From a bacterium (GTDB lineage: Bacteria > Patescibacteriota > Minisyncoccia > Phycocordibacterales > UBA9973), in assembly GCA_037143195.1 (NCBI GenBank), contig JBAWZD010000002.1:207157-271156 (forward strand): a stretch of 64,000 nt of DNA, read 5' to 3'. The translations under genes were made by a program, and so were the position numbers. The notes beneath the pieces are model-generated. The model was not told the origin of the DNA, ran no database searches, and worked only from the letters and a program-made list of their open reading frames with translations. Below are positions 9,386-18,644 of the stretch, piece after piece (positions within the stretch are counted from its first letter, which is position 1; the number at the start of each line of letters is the position of its first letter).

Positions 9386-9577
9386 TTTTTATATAATACA
9401 TTTTTTGTTGTCGTCACCGAGATTCAAAATATAGCTATTGAAATTGCTCTTACGAAACTTCACCCCGAACACGATGAGGCGATTGGCCGAAGCAAAGATT
9501 TAGCTTCGGCCGCTGTGGTGTGGGCATTTGTATTTGGAATTATTAGTCTTGTCTTTGTGCTCTGCCATACATTGTAA
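9386..9577 (+). pseudogene. dgkA: 3-prime remnant of diacylglycerol kinase DgkA, no start codon (stop-to-stop open frame 9386..9577)
   Basis: translation AIEIALTKLHPEHDEAIGRSKDLASAAVVWAFVFGII matches the DgkA C-terminus (E. coli AIEAVVDRIGSEYHELSGRAKDMGSAAVLIAII). Confidence 0.5.
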
Positions 9578-9603
9578 AATATTTTAATTATTGGTATCAA
9601 AAC

Positions 9604-9628
9604 AAAAAGCACCCATTGGGTGCTTTTT
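9604..9628. terminator. bidirectional intrinsic terminator aaaaagcaccc-att-gggtgcttttt; second hairpin at 9642-9658
   Basis: A-tract/stem/T-tract read directly. Confidence 0.65.
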
Positions 9629-9663
9629 GTTTTGTATTTGAGGGTACTACGTACCCTTGGTAC

Positions 9664-9870
9664 TTATTTGCGTGCGAGCTTTGGAAGTGTGAATGCTACG
9701 TAGACTGCTGAGAGTCCAACGAGAACATACACGATGCGAGCGAGTACTGACATGTCGCCAAATACTGCGCTGACAAGGTTGAAGTTGAAGGCTCCAACGA
9801 GACCCCAGTTCAAACCACCGACGACGACGAGCACGAGAGCAACCCAATCAAATGTTGTAAGATTTTTCAT
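9664..9870 (-). CDS. DUF378 family small membrane protein
   Basis: GGLNWGLVGAFNFNLV motif. Confidence 0.8.
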   Translation of the reverse strand: MKNLTTFDWVALVLVVVGGLNWGLVGAFNFNLVSAVFGDMSVLARIVYVLVGLSAVYVAFTLPKLARK

Positions 9871-10006
9871 ATTTACTTTCTACTAATTAATAATGTATAT
9901 ATTGTAGCATTCTTTTGTCGAAATGGGTGATGGATTTGATTTTGAGCTATAAAAAAACCAAAGCGCACTTTTTGAGTACGCCTTGGGTGAATGATGTCTG
10001 CGTATA

Positions 10007-10366
10007 TTACGCGGGCCGTTGATAGAGGATGATGGTCTCTCCGTTAATATCTCCCGCAAAATCGCGGACGATTTGGAGGCGGTTTTCATTTACGTCGTCT
10101 TCCCATCGTTTGACGAATTCTTCTATCATCAGCGGTTTGAATCTATCCTCGTACAGCGTACGAGCCTCATTACTTGTAAATTCAAACATGTGTAGTCTAA
10201 AAATCGCCCCGCTATCATTTGCTGGAACCATTTTGTAGCTCACACTCTGGAAGCAGTCGGTTTTCCACATTTTTGGAAAGTGGTCTTCAGTGAACCACTG
10301 CTGAACATCGTTTTGTTTTTCCTTATCAAACGTAAGTAAAACACTGTAATTGAACCCTGTTAACAC
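10007..10366 (-). CDS. hypothetical protein
   Basis: ORF only. Confidence 0.45.
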   Translation of the reverse strand: MLTGFNYSVLLTFDKEKQNDVQQWFTEDHFPKMWKTDCFQSVSYKMVPANDSGAIFRLHMFEFTSNEARTLYEDRFKPLMIEEFVKRWEDDVNENRLQIVRDFAGDINGETIILYQRPA

Positions 10367-10517
10367 TATGCCCCTCCTCCTTTAGGGTGGCTTTTTGTTT
10401 AATCTTAAATTAACACAGAATAATATATATTCAAATACCACTGTTACGCTTGTGGCAGAGTCTCGGTACTGTATAATGCGGACGCGACAAGTCTTAAAAA
10501 TAACAAGGATAAAAAGT

Positions 10518-10931
10518 ATGAAAAAATATAGTAACGTGCTTTTAAAAATTGTGTTTAGTCTCATACTGCTCATCCCAATATTGGGAGCGGTGCATGTATT
10601 CCCAGCACCAACACAAGAGATGTATAACAACCCGCGATCATTTGCGTTCATTCAGATGCTCATGGATTCTGCTTCATACATAAATTATATTATGGCCTTT
10701 GTATTTGGTCTGTCTCTCGTACTCGTCTGGACCAAGCGCATGGCACTCGCTGCGCTTTTGGTGCTACCAATTACCGTTAATATTGTAGCCTTTCATGCGT
10801 TTCTTGATGGGGGATTGATTACTTCAGGAGCTATTCCTGGTGTCGTGTTTGCTGTACTAAACGGTTACTTTTTGTGGCAACAGCGAGCAGCGTATTCTCA
10901 ACTATTTGCATATTGGAGCGATACGGATTAG
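10518..10931 (+). CDS. membrane protein (start at ATG 10518 with aagga RBS)
   Basis: hydrophobic helices; RBS. Confidence 0.5.
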   Translation: MKKYSNVLLKIVFSLILLIPILGAVHVFPAPTQEMYNNPRSFAFIQMLMDSASYINYIMAFVFGLSLVLVWTKRMALAALLVLPITVNIVAFHAFLDGGLITSGAIPGVVFAVLNGYFLWQQRAAYSQLFAYWSDTD

Positions 10932-10950
10932 ATTGAAGAAAATCGTTTCT

Positions 10951-11382
10951 ATGGCATTTAAACTAAAAAAGCACGATGTGCACATTACTTCACAGCATCC
11001 CCAAGTCATGATGACAGGGAAGAAGACATTGGACCACATCGATCCAGATAGTGGTCTCTCTACGATATATTACGACACCTTGCTCGGTGTCGTGACGATT
11101 GCAAAAAGCTGCAACGTGAAGGATTGTCGTAAGATTATTCGGGTCACGAAATGGAAGCCCGTTACCTATGGTGAAAGGTTCAAAAAATTTGGTAAGGTTG
11201 AGACCGATAAAAATCGTCTCAATATCCAACGGTTGGACCGAGAAGTATTTATTTTTTCGGAGCGACTTATCGGCGATCGGCTACGTAAGCTGACAATGAA
11301 AGAAATAAAATTATTTTTGAATTCGATTCAACAAATAATTGAACCAAACGGCACAAAATTTTTCCCAGAAGAAAGTAGTTGA
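10951..11382 (+). CDS. hypothetical protein
   Basis: ORF; start ATG 10951 placed 20 nt after the upstream stop. Confidence 0.45.
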   Translation: MAFKLKKHDVHITSQHPQVMMTGKKTLDHIDPDSGLSTIYYDTLLGVVTIAKSCNVKDCRKIIRVTKWKPVTYGERFKKFGKVETDKNRLNIQRLDREVFIFSERLIGDRLRKLTMKEIKLFLNSIQQIIEPNGTKFFPEESS

Positions 11383-11434
11383 GTTATAAACTCAACTACT
11401 TTTGCGTTTCCTCGCACTTTGAGTCGGGGGCAAC

Positions 11435-12121
11435 CTAGAGAGTTTCCTTATGGAACGAATACCGCGCCATGATTAGCTTATCAATCACGAGTGACGGCAC
11501 GATGCTGAGTATCTGAGTGAGGATGAGCATAAAGACGCCAATACGAATTGAAAGGAAGGAGACGGCCAATGCAAGGAGGTCACTTCCGATAGAGAAGCTC
11601 ATGCGTGATTTGAAACGAAAGATGATGGCGTCTGTTGCGTTGGTGACCACAAGTGTTTGCTTGTCTGTCGCGTACCACCAATGGAGATATAGAATACTTG
11701 TACATACAATGAGGTTGAGTCCATAGAAAATGACGGCCAAAATGTCCGCTGGATATGTCGCAAGCAAGTCGGTGAAGAAAGGGACTAGAACGATGAACAT
11801 GAAAAAGAAAATGTTTATCCAAAGAAACGTACGGTTCGAACGTTGGATCCAATTGTATTGATTGTGGTGTGCGACCCACAAGACTCCGAGACCGATGAAT
11901 GAGAGGACATAGATAATGAATTGCGGAATGAGTCCGACCAGTACGTGTCCGGCTGTACCGAGGGGTTCAGTCGTCGTCGGTAGACGAAAGTTCAACACGA
12001 GGAGTGTCATCGCAAAGGCGAAAATACTATCACCAAGCGCTTGAATTCGGTCCGTGGTCAATCCTGCCGATTGGATAAGTTGTTGGGTGTCGTCGCTTGT
12101 TTGGGTTTTGTTTTTCCACAT
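11435..12121 (-). CDS. TMEM175/DUF1211 family membrane protein (putative K+ channel-like)
   Basis: RIQALGDSIFAFAMTLLVL matches the RxxxFSDGVFAIAITLLVL signature. Confidence 0.7.
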   Translation of the reverse strand: MWKNKTQTSDDTQQLIQSAGLTTDRIQALGDSIFAFAMTLLVLNFRLPTTTEPLGTAGHVLVGLIPQFIIYVLSFIGLGVLWVAHHNQYNWIQRSNRTFLWINIFFFMFIVLVPFFTDLLATYPADILAVIFYGLNLIVCTSILYLHWWYATDKQTLVVTNATDAIIFRFKSRMSFSIGSDLLALAVSFLSIRIGVFMLILTQILSIVPSLVIDKLIMARYSFHKETL

Positions 12122-12155
12122 TTTTCTAGTATACGGGTGCTATACTTTGATTGCA

Positions 12156-12635
12156 ATGAAAGCAATTGAGGAAAAAAGAATATTTGTTGTCTACGAGCTC
12201 GGACTCGTGTTGAAGGCAGTGCAGGCTTTTTTGGAGATTGTTGCCGGCGTGCTTTTTTATTTCATCAACACAAATTCCATCACGACGTTTGTGCTTACTG
12301 TTGCACACGGTGAGCTCACGGAAACTCCGAGAGACTTTTTGTCGAATTTGCTTGCGAACGGTGTGACTCAGCTCAGTACTGCAAGCAAATTTTTTATTGT
12401 ATTTTATTTACTGTCTCACGGCATCATCAAACTCGGCATCATCATCGGGCTCTATCTCAAGAAAAAATGGGCGTTTCCCGTGGCTCTCATCGGGTTTGGG
12501 GGACTGCTCCTGTATGAAGTATATTGCGTGATTGTGAGCTACTCACTATCACTCTCGCTATTCATCCTGATGGATATCGTCATTTTGTGGCTCGTCGTGC
12601 GTGAGCACTATGTTCCAAAACGATACCTCAATTAA
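12156..12635 (+). CDS. membrane protein (DUF2127-like)
   Basis: ORF track 12054 trimmed to ATG 12156. Confidence 0.5.
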   Translation: MKAIEEKRIFVVYELGLVLKAVQAFLEIVAGVLFYFINTNSITTFVLTVAHGELTETPRDFLSNLLANGVTQLSTASKFFIVFYLLSHGIIKLGIIIGLYLKKKWAFPVALIGFGGLLLYEVYCVIVSYSLSLSLFILMDIVILWLVVREHYVPKRYLN

Positions 12636-12679
12636 AAAGAGTTTTTTATGTTGTTACGTGATTTGGTATACTTATAAGT

Positions 12680-13210
12680 ATGACTAATGAAAATCCTCAG
12701 AAGCTATGGCGAGGGCATAAGTATGTCGCGTCTCCAAGTGAATTGAATGCTGAACATCCTCCGTTCAAAATGGATTCAACTCTGGACGTTGATGAAGGTA
12801 TGCTTGGCGATGTTGAGGCAGAAGACTCCTTACACCGAGAAATAAAAAATATTGAAGCAGAAGTTTCTCCCGAAGAAATCGATTCTATCCATGATGAAAT
12901 TCACAAGGAGCATTTTAAGCGTTTTCAAAAAGACACGACTCTCGGCAAAGATGACGATGGTTATGAAAAAGTCGAATTAGCCAAAAAGAAACGCTGGGCT
13001 GAATTGGTCGAGGCGGACAAGATCAAGCTCGATACTGAAGAAATTTTTAACGACAATCAAAAACCAAAATCGCTTGGGCAGTGGGATTCTCTTGATGAGA
13101 ATGACAAAAAAGGATTTTTTGAGGCAAAAAAAGTACAAGATATCCTCAATGTGCTAAAAGGCAAAACGGTAGTGCAACGATGGTTTCGTGGAGGAAATAA
13201 AAATAAATAG
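12680..13210 (+). CDS. acidic hypothetical protein
   Basis: ORF; Asp/Glu-rich. Confidence 0.5.
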   Translation: MTNENPQKLWRGHKYVASPSELNAEHPPFKMDSTLDVDEGMLGDVEAEDSLHREIKNIEAEVSPEEIDSIHDEIHKEHFKRFQKDTTLGKDDDGYEKVELAKKKRWAELVEADKIKLDTEEIFNDNQKPKSLGQWDSLDENDKKGFFEAKKVQDILNVLKGKTVVQRWFRGGNKNK

Positions 13211-13270
13211 TGCAATAGAGAAAACAGCACGACCGATGGGGCGTGCTGTTTTGTGATAATTCGTTGGTGT

Positions 13271-13741
13271 TCACTGAATGAGAAGAGTGATTTTCTTGTA
13301 CACCATTTCGATTTTTTTTCTAATAGAAATCTCCGGATTGTAGAGGTTGTCTAGAAGCATAACATCAGCAGTTGATGTCGTGGGCGTTAGTCCCGACTGG
13401 AGCAAAACGGATAGCTCAATGTCTACTTGGAAACCTTTTTTTGAGATTTGCGCTGATTGTTTCGTGGCGCATGACGAAGTGATTAATCCAAGGTCGACGA
13501 TGAGTTGAAATACATTTGCGGAAGGGTTTAATTTTACATGGAAAATAATTTCACCTTCCGGAATGATTCGTTGCTTCTCAGCAATGACAGCCTTTCTCAT
13601 CAAAGCTTTCGATTCTTTTGATGAATAATATTGAGACAGTATGCTCACTGCCTTCATTTGTGCGACAACGAGGTCTCGCACTTCAGTTTCGAGAGCTCCA
13701 TTCTGCTCGAGGAGCCCCTTTAGTTTTTCAACGTACTTCAT
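13271..13741 (-). CDS. hypothetical protein
   Basis: ORF. Confidence 0.5.
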   Translation of the reverse strand: MKYVEKLKGLLEQNGALETEVRDLVVAQMKAVSILSQYYSSKESKALMRKAVIAEKQRIIPEGEIIFHVKLNPSANVFQLIVDLGLITSSCATKQSAQISKKGFQVDIELSVLLQSGLTPTTSTADVMLLDNLYNPEISIRKKIEMVYKKITLLIQ

Positions 13742-13928
13742 ATTTTTTTGGTTTTGAAAGAATTAAAAAATCGGCCTCAAGGGCCGATGTTTGAACTTGT
13801 TGTGAAGTGGAACTAAATACAAGCATCGGCCATTGAAGAGTGGTCGTTCTGCTGCTGCATACTAGTAGCGCGTGTGTATTTCATTCCTAACCGACTATAG
13901 CATATAATAGGTCTTCAAATCAAAAAAT

Positions 13929-14789
13929 ATGAAAAAAATTATTGCCAAACTGAAGAATGACCAGAACGTAACGGTATTTCCGGATGCAGAGATCGAGGGA
14001 CTCAAAGATGTCTACAAAATCCCAAAAATAACGCTTGCCATACCATTTGAAGTGGATACCCGAGCGCTCGCAGAAGGTGAGTGGTATTTTGTCGTGCTCA
14101 CCGAAGAAGAAAAAGAAGAGATGCTCGGCGGATATGTATCCGAAAGTAGCGGTGCTTTGCTTGATATGATTAGTCCGGATCATTACACCGAAATCAAAGC
14201 ACTGTACGCCGTCGCTGGAGCTGAAATTTTGTTTACCAAAGTCACATCGCGTCAGGTTGCGCGCGCCCAAAAATATATTGCGTTCAACGAGAAGCCTGAG
14301 CTTGTTCAGCAAGGTAATACGCTCGTGCTCACGGGCCAAGTCGATGCGTATTGGAATGGATCACTGCTCTATTTCAAAAAATTCACATTCATTCGTTCGC
14401 TCTTCCCAGGGATTCACAAAATGTACAAACAAATCACAGAAGAAGGTACGAATGCATTTCTCTCAAGTCCAATGTTCGAATTGCAGTCTGAAATGAGTAG
14501 CGATGTCATTGGACTCGGGAACAGGCGCAAGATTGTGTCGATTGTTTTGGACAAGACGATCGATCTCAATGATCCAATGACCTATGGCAAATATCTCACT
14601 TACGCGATGCAGTATGATTTGGGTCTTGAGATTGAGAGCGGGAAGATTGCGCTCGTCAACAACACTGATATCGGCAAAGTCATCAGTCTTCTCAGTGAGA
14701 AATTCTATACTACAGAAGTCACCGGTGAAAAACGTGAAATCCGTACGAGTCGCAAATTGGCCCCAGTTAAGAAAAAACAAGGAAAATAG
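13929..14789 (+). CDS. hypothetical protein (286 aa), no recognisable motif
   Basis: ORF. Confidence 0.55.
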   Translation: MKKIIAKLKNDQNVTVFPDAEIEGLKDVYKIPKITLAIPFEVDTRALAEGEWYFVVLTEEEKEEMLGGYVSESSGALLDMISPDHYTEIKALYAVAGAEILFTKVTSRQVARAQKYIAFNEKPELVQQGNTLVLTGQVDAYWNGSLLYFKKFTFIRSLFPGIHKMYKQITEEGTNAFLSSPMFELQSEMSSDVIGLGNRRKIVSIVLDKTIDLNDPMTYGKYLTYAMQYDLGLEIESGKIALVNNTDIGKVISLLSEKFYTTEVTGEKREIRTSRKLAPVKKKQGK

Positions 14790-14804
14790 TATACTTACAA
14801 TCAT

Positions 14805-15224
14805 ATGATTTCAATCAATATTGTTGCAGTGGTGGTGTCTGCGGTTGTCGCCTTTGTGCTCGGATTTTTGTTTCATGGTCCGCTTCTTGGAAAATTGTGG
14901 ATGAAGCTTGCGAACATTCACCCAACGGGAAACGAAAAATTGTCAGACATGGTCCCGCAAATGGTGGGGAATATAGTTTCAAATATTGTTACTGCTTTTG
15001 TTCTCGCAATTATGTATCGATTTGTTGCGACATCGCCACTTTCTGGTGGACCAGGTGCATGGACGGGGGTAGTGTCTGCGCTTTGGGTTTGGATTGGCTT
15101 CTTGGTGACATCAAGTTCGATCGAGGTGCTTTGGATGGGTCGTAGCGTCAAGTTGTGGCTCTTTGAGGTTGGTTGTTCTCTTGTGGTCATGGTTACCATG
15201 GGAGCAATTATCGGTAGTTGGTAG
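14805..15224 (+). CDS. small four-helix membrane protein (DUF1761-like)
   Basis: hydrophobic profile. Confidence 0.5.
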   Translation: MISINIVAVVVSAVVAFVLGFLFHGPLLGKLWMKLANIHPTGNEKLSDMVPQMVGNIVSNIVTAFVLAIMYRFVATSPLSGGPGAWTGVVSALWVWIGFLVTSSSIEVLWMGRSVKLWLFEVGCSLVVMVTMGAIIGSW

Positions 15225-15237
15225 TAGAATACCAAGT

Positions 15238-15879
15238 ATGGAGAAAGCACTCGACCCGAATATCTACTGTACGCTCTATCTCATTCGTCACGGTGAGACT
15301 GAGTGGAATGTGAAGCAGTTGATACAAGGTCACGCAGATTCTCCGCTGACAGCGCTCGGAATCGAACAGGTGACAGAGAGGGCGAATGCGCTTGCCGATG
15401 TTCATTTTGATGCTATTTTTTCGTCTGATTCTGCACGAGCAGTTCAGACAGCTCAGATTATAAAATTGGATAGAGAGATTGTCGTGCAAGCGTCACACCT
15501 TTTGCGTGAGCGAAGTCATGGTCAATACGAGGGACTTCATTATGATGAGTATCGCGAACGACTCAAAGACAAACTTGCCGAACGTGATCGACTGCCACTT
15601 GATGAACAAGAAACATGCAAGATCGACGACATAGAAAGTGACGATGAGCTCATGTCGCGTGTCATTCTACAACTTCGTGAGATTGCGCTTGCGTATCCTT
15701 CGAAAACTGTGGCTGTCGTGACGCACGGCGGATGCCTGTATGCGCTCCTCGTTCGTCTTGGCTACGCAAAACGTAACGAGCTTACGTGGTCGTCGATCAA
15801 AAACGCTGCGTGTGTCACCGTCCGTTCTGACGGAGTAAATTTTTTTGTAGGGGATATGTGGGGCGTGCACAAAATATAA
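15238..15879 (+). CDS. histidine phosphatase family protein (phosphoglycerate mutase-like)
   Basis: LYLIRHGETEWN catalytic motif. Confidence 0.75.
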   Translation: MEKALDPNIYCTLYLIRHGETEWNVKQLIQGHADSPLTALGIEQVTERANALADVHFDAIFSSDSARAVQTAQIIKLDREIVVQASHLLRERSHGQYEGLHYDEYRERLKDKLAERDRLPLDEQETCKIDDIESDDELMSRVILQLREIALAYPSKTVAVVTHGGCLYALLVRLGYAKRNELTWSSIKNAACVTVRSDGVNFFVGDMWGVHKI

Positions 15880-15936
15880 TCACATGATGACATTTATAAA
15901 AAAAGAAATTGTTTTTTTATTGTCGAATCAGTATTG

Positions 15937-16869
15937 ATGCTCGGTATGATGATTAAAACACCTAAGCAGGTACTTATTATAGGAGGTTCAGGATTCATCG
16001 GCACAAAGCTTGCCGATGCGTTGCTTGAGCGTGGCAGTCACGTCGTGATTGCTGATTTGGTTCCGCCGCGCGTGATTGACCCGCGTGTTATTTTTCATAA
16101 GGTAAACTTCATTGAAGACACGATTGATCCGAGTATTTTTGAAGGATGCGATGCCGTCATCAATCTTGCCGGAGCTCCAATCAGCAAGCGCTGGACTCGC
16201 GAGTACAAAAAGGTGATGTACGCGAGCCGCATCATGACGACGCGAAAGATTGTTGCGTTGCTAGGCCAACTTGAAACGAAACCACACGTCCTCGTGAATG
16301 CATCAGCGTCTGGATTCTACGGCGATTGCAAAGAAGTGTTGCTTAGCGAAGACCATGTATGCGGAGCGGATTTTTTGGCGGAACTGTGTCGCGATTGGGA
16401 AGCGGAAGCTCTGAAAGCGGAATCTTTTGGGGTGCGTGTCGTCTGCGTGAGAACGGCCAACGTGCTTGGTCCAGGTGGACTCCTCACGACACTCACACCG
16501 CTCTTCAAAAAAGGACTGGGTGGATATTTTGGTAGTGGCGCACAGCGCATGCCGTGGATACATTGGAGAGATATTGTTCGTGTGTATTTGTTTGCACTCG
16601 ATAGGGAGATTGCGGGTCCAGTGAATGTTGGCGCAGGAAATACGCCCACGCAAAAAGAATTGTTTCGGGCATTACAAAAATCAATCCACGCACCATTTCT
16701 GTGGCGGATTCCATATTTCGTTGCACGTATCGTGATTGGAGAATTTGCAGAGGCGCTCGTCGGAAGTCAGAATACTGATTCACAAAAATTGCGCGATGCT
16801 GGATTCGTCCATGAATTTTCAAATAGCGATCAAGCACTAGATGATATTGTTCGTGCATCGAGCTCATAG
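15937..16869 (+). CDS. TIGR01777/YfcH-like NAD-dependent epimerase family protein
   Basis: VLIIGGSGFIG Rossmann motif, DUF1731-like C-terminus. Confidence 0.75.
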   Translation: MLGMMIKTPKQVLIIGGSGFIGTKLADALLERGSHVVIADLVPPRVIDPRVIFHKVNFIEDTIDPSIFEGCDAVINLAGAPISKRWTREYKKVMYASRIMTTRKIVALLGQLETKPHVLVNASASGFYGDCKEVLLSEDHVCGADFLAELCRDWEAEALKAESFGVRVVCVRTANVLGPGGLLTTLTPLFKKGLGGYFGSGAQRMPWIHWRDIVRVYLFALDREIAGPVNVGAGNTPTQKELFRALQKSIHAPFLWRIPYFVARIVIGEFAEALVGSQNTDSQKLRDAGFVHEFSNSDQALDDIVRASSS

Positions 16870-16952
16870 CTCGGGGAAGTGATACTCCTTATTCAGATCA
16901 CAATCTTTGATTCTGATCTAGATAAGGAGGGTGATAAATCACCCTCAACTTC

Positions 16953-17240
16953 TTAAACTTTTTGTGCTAGCCATGAAGTGATGTCAATATGAAACGTATT
17001 GACGTGTTTGGTCGCCTTCAAACTGCCCTTAGGACAATTGAAAGTCTTCACGAACACTTCCTCAGCCTCTTGAGAAAGTGTTTCATAGTTACTCCCAACC
17101 TTGAGAGTCACTTTGAACGTTCCTGGCTTTGATTGTGAATGTGTAGCACATATACAATCTTTGGCTGAAAATGCCTGTTCAACCTTTTCTTTGGCGATTC
17201 TGAGACGATACCGCTGATCTACTTCTAACGTATATTGCAT
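16953..17240 (-). CDS. hypothetical small protein
   Basis: ORF; hairpin 16928-16947 between convergent genes. Confidence 0.4.
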   Translation of the reverse strand: MQYTLEVDQRYRLRIAKEKVEQAFSAKDCICATHSQSKPGTFKVTLKVGSNYETLSQEAEEVFVKTFNCPKGSLKATKHVNTFHIDITSWLAQKV

Positions 17241-17337
17241 TGTGTCCCCTTTTTTGGTTTTAAATTTTCGGGTTAATTATATTAAAGCATTTTAATTCAA
17301 TATTGTCAAATTCTGTATATCGTGTATACTCGTATGT

Positions 17338-17574
17338 ATGATATATATCGACGTGCGAACGAAGGGGGAGCATGATATGGGTTCAGTTGCCGGAGCGATC
17401 CACCATGACATTATGGAAATGATGCAAGGGGTATTTCCTGACGTCCCGAAGGACACGGAGATAACGCTTTTTTGTGAGTCAGGCAATCGTTCGATGATGG
17501 CGTGCTCACTCATGGAACAGGCCGGATTCACTCACGTGACAGACGGAGGAAGTATTGAAAACTTCCGCGCATAA
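17338..17574 (+). CDS. single-domain rhodanese-like sulfurtransferase
   Basis: IDVRTKGEH and CESGNRS active-site loop; ttgtca-N17-tatact promoter upstream. Confidence 0.65.
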   Translation: MIYIDVRTKGEHDMGSVAGAIHHDIMEMMQGVFPDVPKDTEITLFCESGNRSMMACSLMEQAGFTHVTDGGSIENFRA

Positions 17575-17659
17575 GACACAAAACCCTTCTCGCTATTGCT
17601 TTTTGGACGATAAACCACTAAGCTCGAGGGACACTACTAATATAACCTATTGAAGTTTT

Positions 17660-18271
17660 ATGAAAGATTTTCGAAGACCAAGCGGACAAGGACGTGATCG
17701 TGACGGAGGACAAGGATTTGGTGGCGGATACAACAAGTATTCGAGCAATCGCGATAGTGGCGAACGTGGCGAGCGCCGTGAGGTGCTTCATCGTGCCGTG
17801 TGTTCAGAATGTAACAATACCTGTGAAGTGCCATTCCGTCCAAACGGATCGAAGCCGGTGTATTGTAAGGATTGTTTCGGAAAGAAAAAGGGAGCATATC
17901 CAAGTAACAATGAAAAACCTGCGTTTGCTCCACGCGCTGAACACACACAAGCACCGCGTCCACAAACTCAGGCTCCAGACGGCCGTATCGACAAGCTCGT
18001 CTCAGAGATGAACGCAGTACACGCGAAACTTGAGCGCATCATCAAAATGATTGAGAATAATTCTTCAGTACGTTCTGTCGAATCTGTTGTTGTTCCTGCT
18101 ATGAAAAAGGCATACGACGCAGTCGAGAAAATTGTTGAGAAAGCTCCAGTAAAAAGTATCGAAAAAAACGCAGTCAAAGCTCCAGCAAAAAAGAAAGCTG
18201 TCGTTGTTGTAAAAAAGCCAGTTGCAAAAAGTGCTCCAAAGGCAAAACCGATCACAAAGAAAAAGAAATAA
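17660..18271 (+). CDS. zinc-ribbon protein with Gly/Arg-rich N-terminus and Ala/Lys-rich histone H1-like C-terminal tail
   Basis: CSEC-x17-CKDC and AKAPAKKKAVVVVKKPVAKSAPKAKPITKKKK. Confidence 0.6.
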   Translation: MKDFRRPSGQGRDRDGGQGFGGGYNKYSSNRDSGERGERREVLHRAVCSECNNTCEVPFRPNGSKPVYCKDCFGKKKGAYPSNNEKPAFAPRAEHTQAPRPQTQAPDGRIDKLVSEMNAVHAKLERIIKMIENNSSVRSVESVVVPAMKKAYDAVEKIVEKAPVKSIEKNAVKAPAKKKAVVVVKKPVAKSAPKAKPITKKKK

Positions 18272-18281
18272 TAGGTACGAG

Positions 18282-18644
18282 CTACGCTCTGCCGTACGCA
18301 TCACTGATGCGGAAGATATCTCCCTCGTCGAATTCGCCGAGGGAGATTTCTAAAAATTCGACATCGTCAGTGGGTGCACTGATGCGATGTGTTTGTTTGC
18401 GTTGAATAGTAAATTCGTCACCTTTGTGTGCGGTTGTTTTTGTATCCCCAATTTCAACGATCGGGGTGCCACTTACGATATGCCAAAATTCTTCGCGATG
18501 GTTGTGATATTGCAGACTCAGTACGCCACCTTTTTTGACGGAGATTATTTTTATCGTTGCGGGTGTGTTTTGTGTAAACAGGCGAAACATACCCCATGGT
18601 CGTTCAGTATTTTCTGGATGTAGTTGCATATGATTATTCTCCAC
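18282..18644 (-). CDS. cupin domain protein (mannose-6-phosphate isomerase type II-like)
   Basis: GGVLSLQYHNHREEFWHIVSG cupin motif. Confidence 0.65.
   Translation of the reverse strand: MENNHMQLHPENTERPWGMFRLFTQNTPATIKIISVKKGGVLSLQYHNHREEFWHIVSGTPIVEIGDTKTTAHKGDEFTIQRKQTHRISAPTDDVEFLEISLGEFDEGDIFRISDAYGRA

Noticed and set aside
13920-14339. Minus-strand 139-aa ORF that would be served by the 13770-13788 hairpin
   Set aside because: It completely overlaps the longer plus-strand ORF 13929..14789 on the opposite strand; the hairpin is reported as an unexplained element instead.
18316-18352. GC hairpin atctccctcg...cgagggagat downstream of the histone-like gene
   Set aside because: It lies within the coding 3-prime end of the convergent cupin gene (encodes ...EFDEGDIFRISDAYGRA), so it is not called as a separate terminator.
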